Shown here piece by piece: positions 9,466-19,659 of a stretch of 64,000 bases of DNA. The position numbers and the translations under genes are program-made. Each line of letters opens with the position of its first letter. The first letter of the stretch is position 1. The notes beneath the pieces are model-generated. The model made no database searches. It was not told the DNA's origin and was given only the letters and a program-made list of their open reading frames with translations. Origin of the DNA: Pseudomonadales bacterium (GTDB lineage: Bacteria > Pseudomonadota > Gammaproteobacteria > Pseudomonadales > Azotimanducaceae); assembly GCA_963668365.1 (NCBI GenBank), contig OY764266.1, positions 1,646,037-1,710,036 of the forward strand. The letters run 5' to 3'.

Positions 9466-9842
9466 CTAAACGAACCCCGAATGGCCGTCTCAGCGGCGGT
9501 GACGACAGCCTCAAGGCGTTCGCGCGAACGCTCGCCGCCGGTGAGCATCTCCTCGGGAGACTTTCCGTCGAGATCGAGATGGCGCGCGTGGAGCCAGCGT
9601 TGCTCATCCGACGCGAGGTCCACTTGGTCAGTCGTCACATGAAACTCTTCGGTCGCAACGATGGAATCGTGGAGATCCATGACGACGTTGCCCTTCTGCT
9701 CGTCGGTTGGCTCGACCCAGAAACCGGGCGGGACACCTTCGGACTCGGAAGGCGGAGCGTCGCCGCAGAAGAGCCGATGGATGCGATCACGCAGTGCCTG
9801 CTCCGTAGGATCGGTTTTTTTCGGGGCTGGTTGAGTAGCCAT
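9462..9842 (-). CDS. DUF2384 (MbcA/ParS-type) antitoxin
   Basis: 126 aa. C-terminal EQRWLHARHLDLDGKSPEEMLTGGERSRERLEAVV is the antitoxin Xre/MbcA/ParS toxin-binding motif. 4-nt overlap with the RES gene. Confidence 0.6.
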   Translation of the reverse strand: MATQPAPKKTDPTEQALRDRIHRLFCGDAPPSESEGVPPGFWVEPTDEQKGNVVMDLHDSIVATEEFHVTTDQVDLASDEQRWLHARHLDLDGKSPEEMLTGGERSRERLEAVVTAAETAIRGSFS

Positions 9843-10287
9843 GCTCGGAGTCTATTGAGAGAGGAGCCCCCTTTCAACTTGGCATGGGGCGGCGGGCTTT
9901 CGGGGCGGGAAGCTGTGGAGCGACGGCGCGCGCGCGGCGGTAGACTTCGACGGATCGTCGCAGAGTCGCAGAAGACAGCACTGCAGGGAAGGAAGACTCG
10001 GAGCGGCGGCAGCCGGGACCGATGCGGGATACGGCGGAAGAGAGTGGCATACGGCGTTCGCTGCCCAGACAGACGAGAGCGAAATACGCGAGTTCAAGGA
10101 AGAGACGATGACGGCGTTGGCCGAGGGACGGACGGCGCTGTTTGTGCTGTTCGACTTCGAGTTTCTGCCTATGCGGGCTCACTCGAGGGAAGGCATCGCG
10201 CTCTGGAATGACCTGGAGTGGGAGGGTGTGGGTGACACGTTGCTGACGAACTCCATGTGCAAACCCACGTCGATAGGTCGAGGGCGG

Positions 10288-10900
10288 ATGAGCGCGTCGC
10301 TGCCGGCGGGCGGCAGAATGGCTGAGATACTCGATGGAGGCTGTTACCGCAATCGAGCGATGGGGTGGCTGATGTGCGCGGTAACGCCCGCCGGTGAAAT
10401 CCTTGAAGTCGCGCTAGAAAACGCCGGCTCAATTGTCGAGTACACCGCAAAGGATGACATCGTCACGTTCTTTGCCGAAGACGACCGACTCGACTCCCAG
10501 CGGGAGCTGGACACTCAACACAAGACCAAGGTCACCGCGATCAGAAAGAGGTTCAAGGAGGATCTAGTTCAATCCGTGCCCTCTGCGTTGCCCGGTTGGG
10601 CAAACACCTTGGTAGGGATGCTGGTAGGCAACGTCCTGAGCATCGTCGGGGATTTGCTCAAGCTGGCTCTAGCGACACGTAGCAGGCGATCTTTCATACA
10701 ACGCTGGCGAGCTCGGAAGAGACTGTTTGTATTCACGACGGAACCACGCATTCCAGGGTTTCTCTGGCGGCATATAAAGGCGTACGGCATACGGGCTGAC
10801 ACTCTCGAGGAGGCAAGAGCAAAGCTTTACGGCGTGATGGACATCAAGGCGTGGGACTTTCCGAGGGGCGTCATGATGGTGTTCGTCACGGTCCAGAGTC
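10288..10900 (+). CDS. orphan hypothetical ORF in a locally AT-richer segment; 3' end undefined
   Basis: The part of + ORF 10108-12723 that does not overlap DUF3604. Composition is visibly lower-GC than the surroundings. Candidate ATG starts at 10288, 10317 and 10360. The frame has no stop before it runs antisense into the DUF3604 gene, so the true end is unknown. No recognisable family. Confidence 0.3.
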
Positions 10901-12738
10901 TACATCGCCGTCCGGGACAAGATCCATATGGGCGACGTCCAGGCTCGCTCCTGCAGCGTAGGCTCCTTCTCCGCGCGCAACGGGAGGCCCAATCGAATCG
11001 CATCCCAGGTCGACCACCGGCAGGTTGGGTTCTCGAGCACACGCACGTAGTAAAAGGCGCGCTCGTCGGGGTCGAAGTCTGGATCCTCCCACATCGTCTT
11101 CAATTCAACGTCTCCCTTGTCGAAATCGAAGTCGCAGGTGGCGAGGTCCACGCTGGCCCCGTTGTCGGGACAGCGATGGCCGTCGGTGCTCGGTTCGAGG
11201 CCATCGCCGCATGCAACGTCATAGACTTGCTCCCGCCGGGTGCCATCTTCGAGCCAGCCCTTGACGATCTGCAGGCGCTGCAGCCACGCACTCGAGGGAT
11301 CCCGCAACGCCCAGGCAAAAAAGCGCGGCGCGCCATGTGGGCGCGCCTCGAGATCGCCGCCCATCGGGACCCCGGTGGCATACAGCCGGCTGGCGTCGGC
11401 CGCGTCGAGATCGTAGCCGGCGAAGAACTTCACGCGGATCCGCGGGCCGCTGGTGGCGAAGGTCTCCTTGCGCCGGAGCGCCGCATAGATCGCTTCACGC
11501 GTGTTGGCCTCGGCCCACACGGCCGCCAGCCCCGATGCGCTCCAGTCGAATCCGGTGGTGGTCGAACCAGGCCGCCGGTTCAGTTCCGGATTGTCCTCGT
11601 CAAGTATCGCCAAACGCCACTCGGGACGCCCATCGACAATGCCAATCTTGCCGTGATACGTGGGCTCCTCGTAGGCCCCACCCGTGTTGTGGGTATCGCT
11701 GGAGCCGATGAATCCGAACCGGTACGGATTGAATCCCTGGCTGTGCTGCAGCTCGAGTCCCATCAGCAACGCATCGCGCACGTACGCGCCCTTGATCTCG
11801 TCAATGCTCCTGTCGCGCACCTCGAAGTTGGCCCACTCGTCGTTCGGCGACAGCAGCGGATGCGTCTCGGACGTTCCCTTCACCTGGGTCATTTCCACGA
11901 TCGGCTCGTTGCGCATCCGGACTTCCGCATAGGCCGCATCCATCGGCTCTCCGGCGAACGTGGTAGTCTGGAAGAAGTTGCCTCGGCTCAGATTGGTATT
12001 GTGGGGAATCGCCAGCGCCTCGATGCCCTGTGCCCGCAACCGCTCCAGCCAGGCCCACAGGTCTTCCGGATTGAGGGAATCGAAGGCGGCGAAAGGCAGC
12101 TCGGGTACGCGCGCGCCCTTGAAGATGACATTGCGGTGCAGCATGCCATCCGGCGCCGAGGTGTACTCGAAGCCGACGAAAGTCGTGAATTTACCCGGCG
12201 CATAATGGCGTTCGGCCGCCTCAATGGTCCGTTGCCACGCGTCTCGACGTATCGACTGCGCAAGTCCGGGATCGAGCTCGCCGTCGTGGAGGGCCCGCCC
12301 GAAGGCACTGTAAGCCTCGATCACAAAGTCGGGGGTGACCTCGCCGGGACTCGTAACGGAAGACGGGTCGGCCGATTCGCCAAGCGCCGTGATGTTGCCC
12401 AGATACTCGGCGTGGTCGGTGACGGCCAGGAAGTCCAGCGGCGCACCGCGCATGCGGATGGCCTGGCCGGCCGGATGCCGCAGTGGGGCGCCCTTGGCGT
12501 ACGCGTAGGCCTCGTCCGGCCCCGTGCGTGCGCCGGACTTGTAGGCATCGGCCGAGTACTTCGTGTGCACGTGCAGGTCTCCGAAGTAGGCATTTCGGAC
12601 CGGCGGTTCCGCCCCCGCCTGGAGGGTGAAAGACGAAGCCGCGACCGCCAATGCACCGAGCGCGCCAGCCCTCATGCGCCGGCCCGATGGCGTCGGACCA
12701 GAGAGGCGCCCCAGTGTCGATAGCGGAGTCAGCAACAT
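10900..12738 (-). CDS. DUF3604 family protein (PHP-like metal-binding motif), secreted, copy 1
   Basis: Signal peptide MLLTPLSTLGRLSG...ALAVAASSFTLQAGA, then YFGDLHVHTKYSADA (PHP-type His cluster) and a long conserved DUF3604 body. Start at ATG 12738 with a GGGGGA RBS. The ORF track extends to 13086 through low-complexity sequence. Confidence 0.7.
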   Translation of the reverse strand: MLLTPLSTLGRLSGPTPSGRRMRAGALGALAVAASSFTLQAGAEPPVRNAYFGDLHVHTKYSADAYKSGARTGPDEAYAYAKGAPLRHPAGQAIRMRGAPLDFLAVTDHAEYLGNITALGESADPSSVTSPGEVTPDFVIEAYSAFGRALHDGELDPGLAQSIRRDAWQRTIEAAERHYAPGKFTTFVGFEYTSAPDGMLHRNVIFKGARVPELPFAAFDSLNPEDLWAWLERLRAQGIEALAIPHNTNLSRGNFFQTTTFAGEPMDAAYAEVRMRNEPIVEMTQVKGTSETHPLLSPNDEWANFEVRDRSIDEIKGAYVRDALLMGLELQHSQGFNPYRFGFIGSSDTHNTGGAYEEPTYHGKIGIVDGRPEWRLAILDEDNPELNRRPGSTTTGFDWSASGLAAVWAEANTREAIYAALRRKETFATSGPRIRVKFFAGYDLDAADASRLYATGVPMGGDLEARPHGAPRFFAWALRDPSSAWLQRLQIVKGWLEDGTRREQVYDVACGDGLEPSTDGHRCPDNGASVDLATCDFDFDKGDVELKTMWEDPDFDPDERAFYYVRVLENPTCRWSTWDAIRLGLPLRAEKEPTLQERAWTSPIWILSRTAM

Positions 12739-12893
12739 ATCAATCCCCCGTTTCTGCTTGCCGGACTCGTGTCCGTCCCTGTCCGCGTCAAGCCGTCGTT
12801 CGATGTGCCGAAGTTCATGGCGCCAAGACAGATCCGGCTCACCTTGAGTCCGGATCTGCCGAGGTTGACGTATTCCATCAATCCGAACTTGGT

Positions 12894-14732
12894 CTATATC
12901 GCCGTCCGCGGCAAGATCCATATGGGCGACGTCCAGGCTCGCTCCTGCAGCGTAGGCGGCTTCTCCGCGCGCAACGGGACGCCCAACCGAATCGCGTCCC
13001 AGGTCGACCACCGGCAGGTTGGGTTCTCGAGCACCCGCACGTAATAGAAGGCGCGCTCGTCGGGGTCGAAGTCCGGATCCTCCCACATCGTCTTCAATTC
13101 AACGGCTCCCTTGTCGAAGTCGAAGTCGCAGGTGGCGAGGTCCACGCTGGCCCCGTTGTCGGGACAGCGGTGGCTGTCGGGGCTCGGCTCGAGGCCATCG
13201 GCGCACGCAACGTCATAGACTTGCTCCCGCCGGACGCCATCATCGAGCCAGCCCTTGACGATCTGCAGGCGCTGCAGCCACGCACTCGAGGGATCCCGCA
13301 ACGCCCAGGCAAAAAAGCGGGGCGCACCATGTGGGCGCGCCTCGAGATCGCCGCCCATCGGGACCCCGGTGGCGTACAGCCCGCTTGTGTCGGCCGCGTC
13401 GAGATCGTAGCCGGCGAAGAATTTCACGCGGATCCGCGTGCCGCTGGTGCCGAAGGTCTCCTTGCGCCGCAGCGCCGCATAGATCGCTTCGCGCGTGTTG
13501 GCCTCGGCCCAGACGGCAGCCAGCCCCGACGCGCTCCAGTCGAATCCGGTGGTGGTGATACCGGGCAACCGGTTCAGTTCAGGATTGTCCTTGTCGGGAA
13601 TCGTGAAACGCCACTCGGGACGCCCATCGAGAATGCCAATCTTGCCGTGATACGTGGGCTCCTCGTAGGCCCCACCCGTGTTGTGGGTATCGCTGGAGCC
13701 GATGAATCCGAACCGGTACGGATTGAATCCCTGGCTGTGCCGCAGCTCGAGCCCCATCAGCAACGCGTCGCGCACGTACGCGCCCTTGATCTCGTCACTG
13801 CTCCTGTCGCGCACCTCGAAGTTGGCCCACTCGTCGTTCGGCGACAGCAGCGGATGCGTCTCGGACGTTCCCTTCACCTGCGTCATTTCCACGATCGGCT
13901 CGTTGCGCATCCGGAGTTGCGCATAGGCCGCATCCATCGGCCCTCCGGCGAACGTGGTGGTTTGGAAGAAGTTCCCTCGGCTCAGATTGGTATTGTGGGG
14001 AATCGCCAGCGCCTCGATGCCTTGCGCCCGCAACCGGTCCAGCCAGGCCCACAGGTCTTCCGGATTGAGGGAATCGTAGGCGGCGAAAGGCAGCTCGGGT
14101 ACGCGCGCGCCCTTGAAGATGACGTTGCGGTGCAGCATGCCATCCGGCGCCGAGGTGTACTCGAAGCCGACGAAAGTCGTGAATTCACCCGGCGCGTAGT
14201 GGCGTTCGGCCGCCTCGATGGTCCGTTGCCACGCGTCTCGGCGCATCTCCTCTTGCGCAAGCACAGGATCGATCTCGGCGGCGTTGATGGCCCGGTTGAA
14301 GGCGCTGTAAGCCTCGATCGCAAAATCAGGGTTGTCGCCCGACTCCGAATCGGGCAATAGGTCGGCCGAGTCGTCAAGCGCTGCGACGCTACCTAGATAC
14401 TCGGCGTGGTCGGTGACGGCCAGGAAGTCCAGCGGCGCACCGCGCATGCGGACGGTCTGGCCGGCCGGATGCCGCAGTGGGGCGCCCTTGGCGTATGCGT
14501 ACGCCTCGTCCGGCCCCGTGCGCGCGCCGAACCTGTAGGCGTCGGCCGAGTACTTCGTATGCACGTGCAGGTCTCCGAAGTAGGCATTTCGGGTCGGCGA
14601 TTCCGCGCCCGCCTGGATGGCGAAAAACGAAGCCGCGACCGCCAATGTGCCGAGCGCGCCAGTCATCATGCGCCGGCCCGATGGAGTCGGACCAGAGAGG
14701 CGCCCCAGTGTCGATAGTGCAGTCAGCAACAT
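12894..14732 (-). CDS. DUF3604 family protein, tandem paralog copy 2
   Basis: Roughly 85-90% identical to copy 1 throughout (MLLTALSTLGRLSG...YFGDLHVHTKYSADAY...). The same upstream leader is duplicated. Confidence 0.7.
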   Translation of the reverse strand: MLLTALSTLGRLSGPTPSGRRMMTGALGTLAVAASFFAIQAGAESPTRNAYFGDLHVHTKYSADAYRFGARTGPDEAYAYAKGAPLRHPAGQTVRMRGAPLDFLAVTDHAEYLGSVAALDDSADLLPDSESGDNPDFAIEAYSAFNRAINAAEIDPVLAQEEMRRDAWQRTIEAAERHYAPGEFTTFVGFEYTSAPDGMLHRNVIFKGARVPELPFAAYDSLNPEDLWAWLDRLRAQGIEALAIPHNTNLSRGNFFQTTTFAGGPMDAAYAQLRMRNEPIVEMTQVKGTSETHPLLSPNDEWANFEVRDRSSDEIKGAYVRDALLMGLELRHSQGFNPYRFGFIGSSDTHNTGGAYEEPTYHGKIGILDGRPEWRFTIPDKDNPELNRLPGITTTGFDWSASGLAAVWAEANTREAIYAALRRKETFGTSGTRIRVKFFAGYDLDAADTSGLYATGVPMGGDLEARPHGAPRFFAWALRDPSSAWLQRLQIVKGWLDDGVRREQVYDVACADGLEPSPDSHRCPDNGASVDLATCDFDFDKGAVELKTMWEDPDFDPDERAFYYVRVLENPTCRWSTWDAIRLGVPLRAEKPPTLQERAWTSPIWILPRTAI

Positions 14733-14826
14733 GTCAATCCCCCGTGTCTGCTTGCCAAATTCGTGTCCGTCCCTGTCCGCGTCAAGCCATCGTAACCATC
14801 GCATGACCCGCACGCATGTTCCATCA

Positions 14827-15888
14827 TCAGAAGATCAGCACCGTGCGCGACACGAACCAATAGGACGCGATGCTACCGATGCCGTAAAGCGGTGCGTTGA
14901 TGAGCCATTGCGGCAAGGAGCCTTCAGCCGGGGGTGCTTCCCCAGCCGCTGACGCGTGAGGAAGTGCCGGCATTTCCCCCGTCGCCGGAGGCGTACTTCC
15001 ATGCAAGACCTTCGCATGGCGCACGCAGGCAACCACCGTGAGCGCGGCGGCGACGATCACCAGCTGGCCGATCTCGACGCCCAGGTTGAACAGGAATAGC
15101 GCCCAAAGCGCATTTGCCTTCGGCAGGCCAGTGTCGGCGAGCGCGCCGGCAAAGCCGAAACCGTGCAGGAGTCCGAAAACGAACGCTACGATCCAGGTAT
15201 GGCGGGCGGTGATGGTCGCCTCGGCACCACGCAGACGTTCTACGGCCAGAAGCAGGATCGACAATGCGATCACGGCCTCCACGGGTGCTTGTGAGAGCCG
15301 CACGATCTCGAGCGCCGCCAAGCCGAGCGTAATGCTGTGTGCGATCGTGAACGCGGTAATCGCCTTGATGAGCGGGCCGGGTTTCGTGAGGAAAAACATC
15401 AACCCGATCACAAACAGAATGTGGTCGAAGCCGAACAGCAGATGTTCGACTCCGAGTGTCAGATAACCAGGCAGATTCGCGCGTCCTTTCGAGTCAACCG
15501 TGAAATAGGGCGCCTCCGGTCGCAGCAAAGCCGAGACGGACGTCCCGTCGAGCGGCGCAACGTTGACCAGCACATCGGTGAGCGTGCTCGACAGGCCCTC
15601 GATGCCGATTACGGATCCCACCAGGCCTCCTGGTCCGCAATCGGCCGTCCAGTGTTGAATCAACGCCGCATTGCGAACATCGTCGACGCTGCGGACCTCG
15701 AGCACGCAGTGCTCGGGCAGCACGGGCTCGAGTGGCAGGCGGCGATTGCCGAGCAACGGCTGCTTCCACAACACCTCGAAGACGTCGGGGCTGATTTCCG
15801 TGATCCCGAGGTAGGCCGGCCGGACCTCGTGGCCGGTTGCCGAAGCGGCGCAAAAGACGGCGGTCGCAAGCAGCCACCGGGACCTCAA
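14827..15888 (-). CDS. HupE/UreJ family membrane protein with ~170-aa N-terminal periplasmic extension
   Basis: C-terminal half (HLLFGFDHILFVIGLMF...FTIAHSITLG...HGFGFAGAL) is HupE/UreJ. TTG start at 15888 gives the signal peptide MRSRWLLATAVFCAASA and overlaps the PPIase stop (TTGA). Confidence 0.6.
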   Translation of the reverse strand: MRSRWLLATAVFCAASATGHEVRPAYLGITEISPDVFEVLWKQPLLGNRRLPLEPVLPEHCVLEVRSVDDVRNAALIQHWTADCGPGGLVGSVIGIEGLSSTLTDVLVNVAPLDGTSVSALLRPEAPYFTVDSKGRANLPGYLTLGVEHLLFGFDHILFVIGLMFFLTKPGPLIKAITAFTIAHSITLGLAALEIVRLSQAPVEAVIALSILLLAVERLRGAEATITARHTWIVAFVFGLLHGFGFAGALADTGLPKANALWALFLFNLGVEIGQLVIVAAALTVVACVRHAKVLHGSTPPATGEMPALPHASAAGEAPPAEGSLPQWLINAPLYGIGSIASYWFVSRTVLIF

Positions 15889-16685
15889 CGTTCGACCTCG
15901 ATCTCGTACCGCGAACGCAACGACTCGTAGTAGCGCGCGTTTGCATCTGCACGGCGTTTCGCGTCGAGGTCGTTCACGACCTTCTCTTTCACCTCTTGGT
16001 AGCCAGGTGCGCGTGCCTGGGTCCGTTGGTCGACGCGCACCAGGTGGTAGCCGTAGGCGGACTCGACCGGGCCTTGCCAACCGTCTACGGTGAGCTTGGC
16101 CAGTGATTCGGAGAATCTGGGACCGAAGTCCTTGCGAACGTCGGCCTCGGAGACGTTAGCGAAGGTGTCCTGCAACATGAAAGGATCGCCGAGTGTGCGC
16201 CAGTTGGTCTCGTCGACATGGTGTGCTGCCGCGGTCGCATCCTCGCGCGGCGTCGCACGCGCATCGGGACTGAAGTAAACGTGCGAGAAGGAATATCGCG
16301 CCGGCATTCGGTAGCGCTCGGCGTTCGTTTGGAAAAACTCGATAGACTCCGCATCGGTCGGCGGCTCGAGTAGCGCGAGATCCTCGGTCAAAAACGTCAG
16401 CTTTTGAGCGAGACGGCGCCGGATGATGACGTCGTTATCGTCGAGACCAAGTTTCCGCGCTTCCCGGACCAGTATCTCTTCCCGAACATGCGCGTCGATC
16501 AAGCCGTCGAGCTCCGTGTGAGTCGGCGGCCGGCCCATTTGCGATTGCCATTGATTTTGCAGCCGTTCGATATCCAGCGGTCCGACGCGCAGGAGTTCCG
16601 GGCCGCTCGAACGCCACGCATCTGCGCCAAAGATCGCGGCGCCGATCAACAGGAATGCCACCAACGGGTCCTTGAGGTATTTCAC
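15885..16685 (-). CDS. SurA/PpiD-like periplasmic chaperone / peptidyl-prolyl isomerase family protein
   Basis: 266 aa. N-terminal TM anchor (MKYLKDPLVAFLLIGAAIFG), SurA_N-like chaperone domain, then a parvulin-like region (DFGPRFSESLAKLTVDGWQGPVESAYGYHLVRV). Confidence 0.5.
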   Translation of the reverse strand: MKYLKDPLVAFLLIGAAIFGADAWRSSGPELLRVGPLDIERLQNQWQSQMGRPPTHTELDGLIDAHVREEILVREARKLGLDDNDVIIRRRLAQKLTFLTEDLALLEPPTDAESIEFFQTNAERYRMPARYSFSHVYFSPDARATPREDATAAAHHVDETNWRTLGDPFMLQDTFANVSEADVRKDFGPRFSESLAKLTVDGWQGPVESAYGYHLVRVDQRTQARAPGYQEVKEKVVNDLDAKRRADANARYYESLRSRYEIEVER

Positions 16686-16895
16686 CGCGCTGTTTGAACA
16701 GAAAAGTACGGTGTTGTTGGCATGTCACTTCGTTGTTGAGCCCGGGCGGAGTGTAGATTATGCAGAGACACCGCAACAAAGGGCTCGAGCCCTCGTCCTG
16801 GCAACCTCAAGGCCCGGTCACCGAAGGGCACACGGAAACAGCCCGCACCTTTCGGTGCGGGCTGCGCCATGGTCCAACTCGACAAGCGCTGAGGG

Positions 16896-19535
16896 CTATT
16901 GGTTATAGCTGAACTGCAACCCGAGTGTTCGCGGTGGGTTGAAGCCGTTGTAGCCGCTGCTGCCGAGCGTAAAGGGGGCGATCGCATCGGTGACATTCTG
17001 CAAAAAGACGCCGACCTCATAGTTGTCCCGGGCCAGCAACAGCTTCAGATTCAGGAACCGATTGGTTGGCGTCGGCCGCTCGTTGTTTTCGCTCCTGAAC
17101 AACTTCGTACCCCGGTAGTAGGAATCGGCACGCAGCGTCGCATCGAAGCCGGCGAGCTCGAAGTCATACATCAACGAGGCGAAATAGGAGTGTACAGGCG
17201 TGAAGCTAATGCGGTTGCCCGCGTCGATGTTGACCCGTACCCCCGCACCCGCTATCTCCCCGCCCGACTGCTGCGTCTGGGTTTCCGCATCGGGGACATA
17301 CGCGCCGCCCGCATGCAAGCGCAACGAGTCGGTCAGTCTGCCCCGCAGCTCAAATTCATAGCCTTGGGATGCGGCCTTGCCGATGTTGGCATTGACGTCC
17401 GGGTTATACGGCGTGGTGAGCAACGGGTTATCGGGATCCGGCAGAGCCGGGAAATTGGTGCCGGTGCGGACCACGGCATTATTGATGTCCGTGGCATACA
17501 CGCTCGCGATGATGTCGAGCCGTCCATCCAGGACCTGCGCCTTGACCCCCAGCTCCCAGGACTCTATATCGTCGCCTTCGAAGTTCACTAGTTGGTTGGC
17601 GGCTTCAGCTAGCTCCGCGGCGCCAGCGACGCCCCGGGCGGCGGCATCCTCATAGTCGTCCACTCGGGACACGAGCCCTGTGTTTATGCCTCCAGTGCGG
17701 AACGCCTCTGCATACGTGAGGTAGACCATCGTATCGTCGTTGGGCCGCCAGCTAAGGGTGACCTTCGGCGCCAATTTATCTTGCGTCGCCGGCTCGGCGC
17801 GTGGGTTCGTCTCGCTCTGCGGTACCCACATGCCTCCCGGGCCGCGAAACAACTCCACCGTACTTTCCGCGTAGCGCACTCCGGCCAGGACATGGAACTG
17901 ATCGCTTATGCGATAGCCCACCTCGCCGAAGATGGCCTGCGAATCCCGGTCTTGATAGCTGGCGCTGCTCCTGCGCCCGACACCTTGCAAAAGATTGTGG
18001 ACCTGCCGCATCTGCTCGAGCGTCATGACATCGGGGTTGAACGTGAAGCCCCCGGTGCAGACCACAGGATCCCCATTCTCCGTAACCGCAGGAACACCGG
18101 CGGCAGTGTTCGCGTAGGCGGTTCCACTTACCACCCCCAGTGAGCCGCAAGGCTCCCAAAGCCTTGGATCAGGATCGATGTCGATGCGCTGGATGTAGAC
18201 ACCGACGCTCCAGTCCAACCGGCTGTCCGTGTTGGAGACGAGGCGCGCCTCAGTGGCCCAGCGTTCATTAAGGCTCGAATTGGCGCGGACACTGCTACGG
18301 CCCCAGAATCCACCGGTCCCGCAACCTACTAACGCACATGCAGCATCGGTTCGTCTGTCCCAAAGTCCCCCGTCGATGGTCCCGAAGGCACCGCCGACGC
18401 TCTGCTCCTCCGCAAAGGTGATGTCGTGCTCGTAAAACCCCGAGGCCGCCATCAAGTCTGCCCACGGCAGCTCCCACTCGGCGCTGAGGTTGATGATCGT
18501 CGACCACGAATTTCCACCGTCTTTCAATTGCGGCGAGGCCATGTGCGTCACGTAGACGTGGGACGGGCCGTCTTTGTATCTCTGAGTCTCTCCGTCGAAC
18601 GTACCGTTCTCCCCAGTTTCGCAACCCCCTATGATGGGATATTGCGGTACTTGGGGGAGTTGGTCACCCCGAGGGAAATTGCCGTCTGCGGGGCGTTCCT
18701 CCGAGAAGCAGTGAAAGGCAATCCCAGGGCCGCCGATATCGCTTTCGACATAGTAATACGTCGCATTGAGCGTTAGCGTGTCGGTGGGATAGAAGGCGAG
18801 TTGGGCCCGTACTCCCCTCTCGTCGATCCCATCGACATCCTCAATGATTTCCGGCCCCACCTTATCGAGGATACCGGCCTTATTTCGCGCATAGGGGGTT
18901 ATACGCGCCGCCAGCCGCTCCCCGAGCGGGACATTGATCATGGAGTCGATGCGCCACCCCATGTCACCAGAATGCGACGGGTCCGAAATCCTCGTCGTGA
19001 ACGCCCAGTCGAAGCCCGCCGGATTGGGCTTCTTGGTGATGTAGCGGATCGCCCCCGCCATGCTGCCTTCGCCGTAGAGCGTGCCCTGCGGCCCCTTGAG
19101 CACCTCGATGCGCTCCAGGTCGAAATTCGGAAGCCGCGGCTGCCGGGAGCTCGTGCCCGTGACGGGTACGTTGTCCACATAAATCGACACCGGCGAGGTC
19201 GGGGCCCGGAACTGGGCGATCCCGCGCGCCACGACTCTGTGCCAGGTGTTCGTGGCGTTGCCGTAGTTCAATCCGGGGATCGCCAGAAACAGGCTTGTGA
19301 TGTCCTCGACGCCCCGCTGCTCGATGTCGACATCCGTCAATGCCGAGATGGTCAGCGGCGTGTCCATCAGTTGGGTGTCGCGGTACGTGGCGGTGACCAC
19401 GATCTCCTCGACGATTGAACCGTCTTCGGCCGCTTCTTCGTCGGTTTGGGCCGACGCGGGCAGGCAGAAGATCGTGCCGATCGCGGCCAACGCCGCAATG
19501 ATGAACCGTCCCCGGTTCATAGAATAGGTAGTCAT
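16896..19535 (-). CDS. TonB-dependent outer-membrane receptor
   Basis: Signal peptide, plug domain (DTPLTISALTD...IEVLKGPQGTLYGEGSMAGAIRY), long barrel, and C-terminal TonB-box-compatible ...LGLQFSYNQ. Start at ATG 19535 with a strong GGAGGGG RBS. Confidence 0.85.
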   Translation of the reverse strand: MTTYSMNRGRFIIAALAAIGTIFCLPASAQTDEEAAEDGSIVEEIVVTATYRDTQLMDTPLTISALTDVDIEQRGVEDITSLFLAIPGLNYGNATNTWHRVVARGIAQFRAPTSPVSIYVDNVPVTGTSSRQPRLPNFDLERIEVLKGPQGTLYGEGSMAGAIRYITKKPNPAGFDWAFTTRISDPSHSGDMGWRIDSMINVPLGERLAARITPYARNKAGILDKVGPEIIEDVDGIDERGVRAQLAFYPTDTLTLNATYYYVESDIGGPGIAFHCFSEERPADGNFPRGDQLPQVPQYPIIGGCETGENGTFDGETQRYKDGPSHVYVTHMASPQLKDGGNSWSTIINLSAEWELPWADLMAASGFYEHDITFAEEQSVGGAFGTIDGGLWDRRTDAACALVGCGTGGFWGRSSVRANSSLNERWATEARLVSNTDSRLDWSVGVYIQRIDIDPDPRLWEPCGSLGVVSGTAYANTAAGVPAVTENGDPVVCTGGFTFNPDVMTLEQMRQVHNLLQGVGRRSSASYQDRDSQAIFGEVGYRISDQFHVLAGVRYAESTVELFRGPGGMWVPQSETNPRAEPATQDKLAPKVTLSWRPNDDTMVYLTYAEAFRTGGINTGLVSRVDDYEDAAARGVAGAAELAEAANQLVNFEGDDIESWELGVKAQVLDGRLDIIASVYATDINNAVVRTGTNFPALPDPDNPLLTTPYNPDVNANIGKAASQGYEFELRGRLTDSLRLHAGGAYVPDAETQTQQSGGEIAGAGVRVNIDAGNRISFTPVHSYFASLMYDFELAGFDATLRADSYYRGTKLFRSENNERPTPTNRFLNLKLLLARDNYEVGVFLQNVTDAIAPFTLGSSGYNGFNPPRTLGLQFSYNQ

Positions 19536-19659
19536 CAATATCCCCTCCAGTCTGGTCGTAAGGATCAAACCGGCGACGTTGCATCGCCCGGGGGGCGGGG
19601 TTGCTACACCACTCGCCGACGAGCGATGCCGCGCCGACGGTGTCCTCTCACGTAACAGG

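Larger units (their letters stand above)
10890..14880. repeat. ~2-kb tandem direct duplication carrying the two DUF3604 genes and their leaders
   Basis: Near-identical small ORFs recur at a 1994-bp offset (11025-11264 vs 13019-13258; 11684-11932 vs 13678-13926). Confidence 0.7.

Noticed and set aside
10900-14360. + strand ORF 10108-12723 beyond ~10900, and ORF 12651-14360
   Set aside because: Antisense to the strongly supported DUF3604 paralogs. Only the non-overlapping 10288-10900 part is retained, as a low-confidence orphan.
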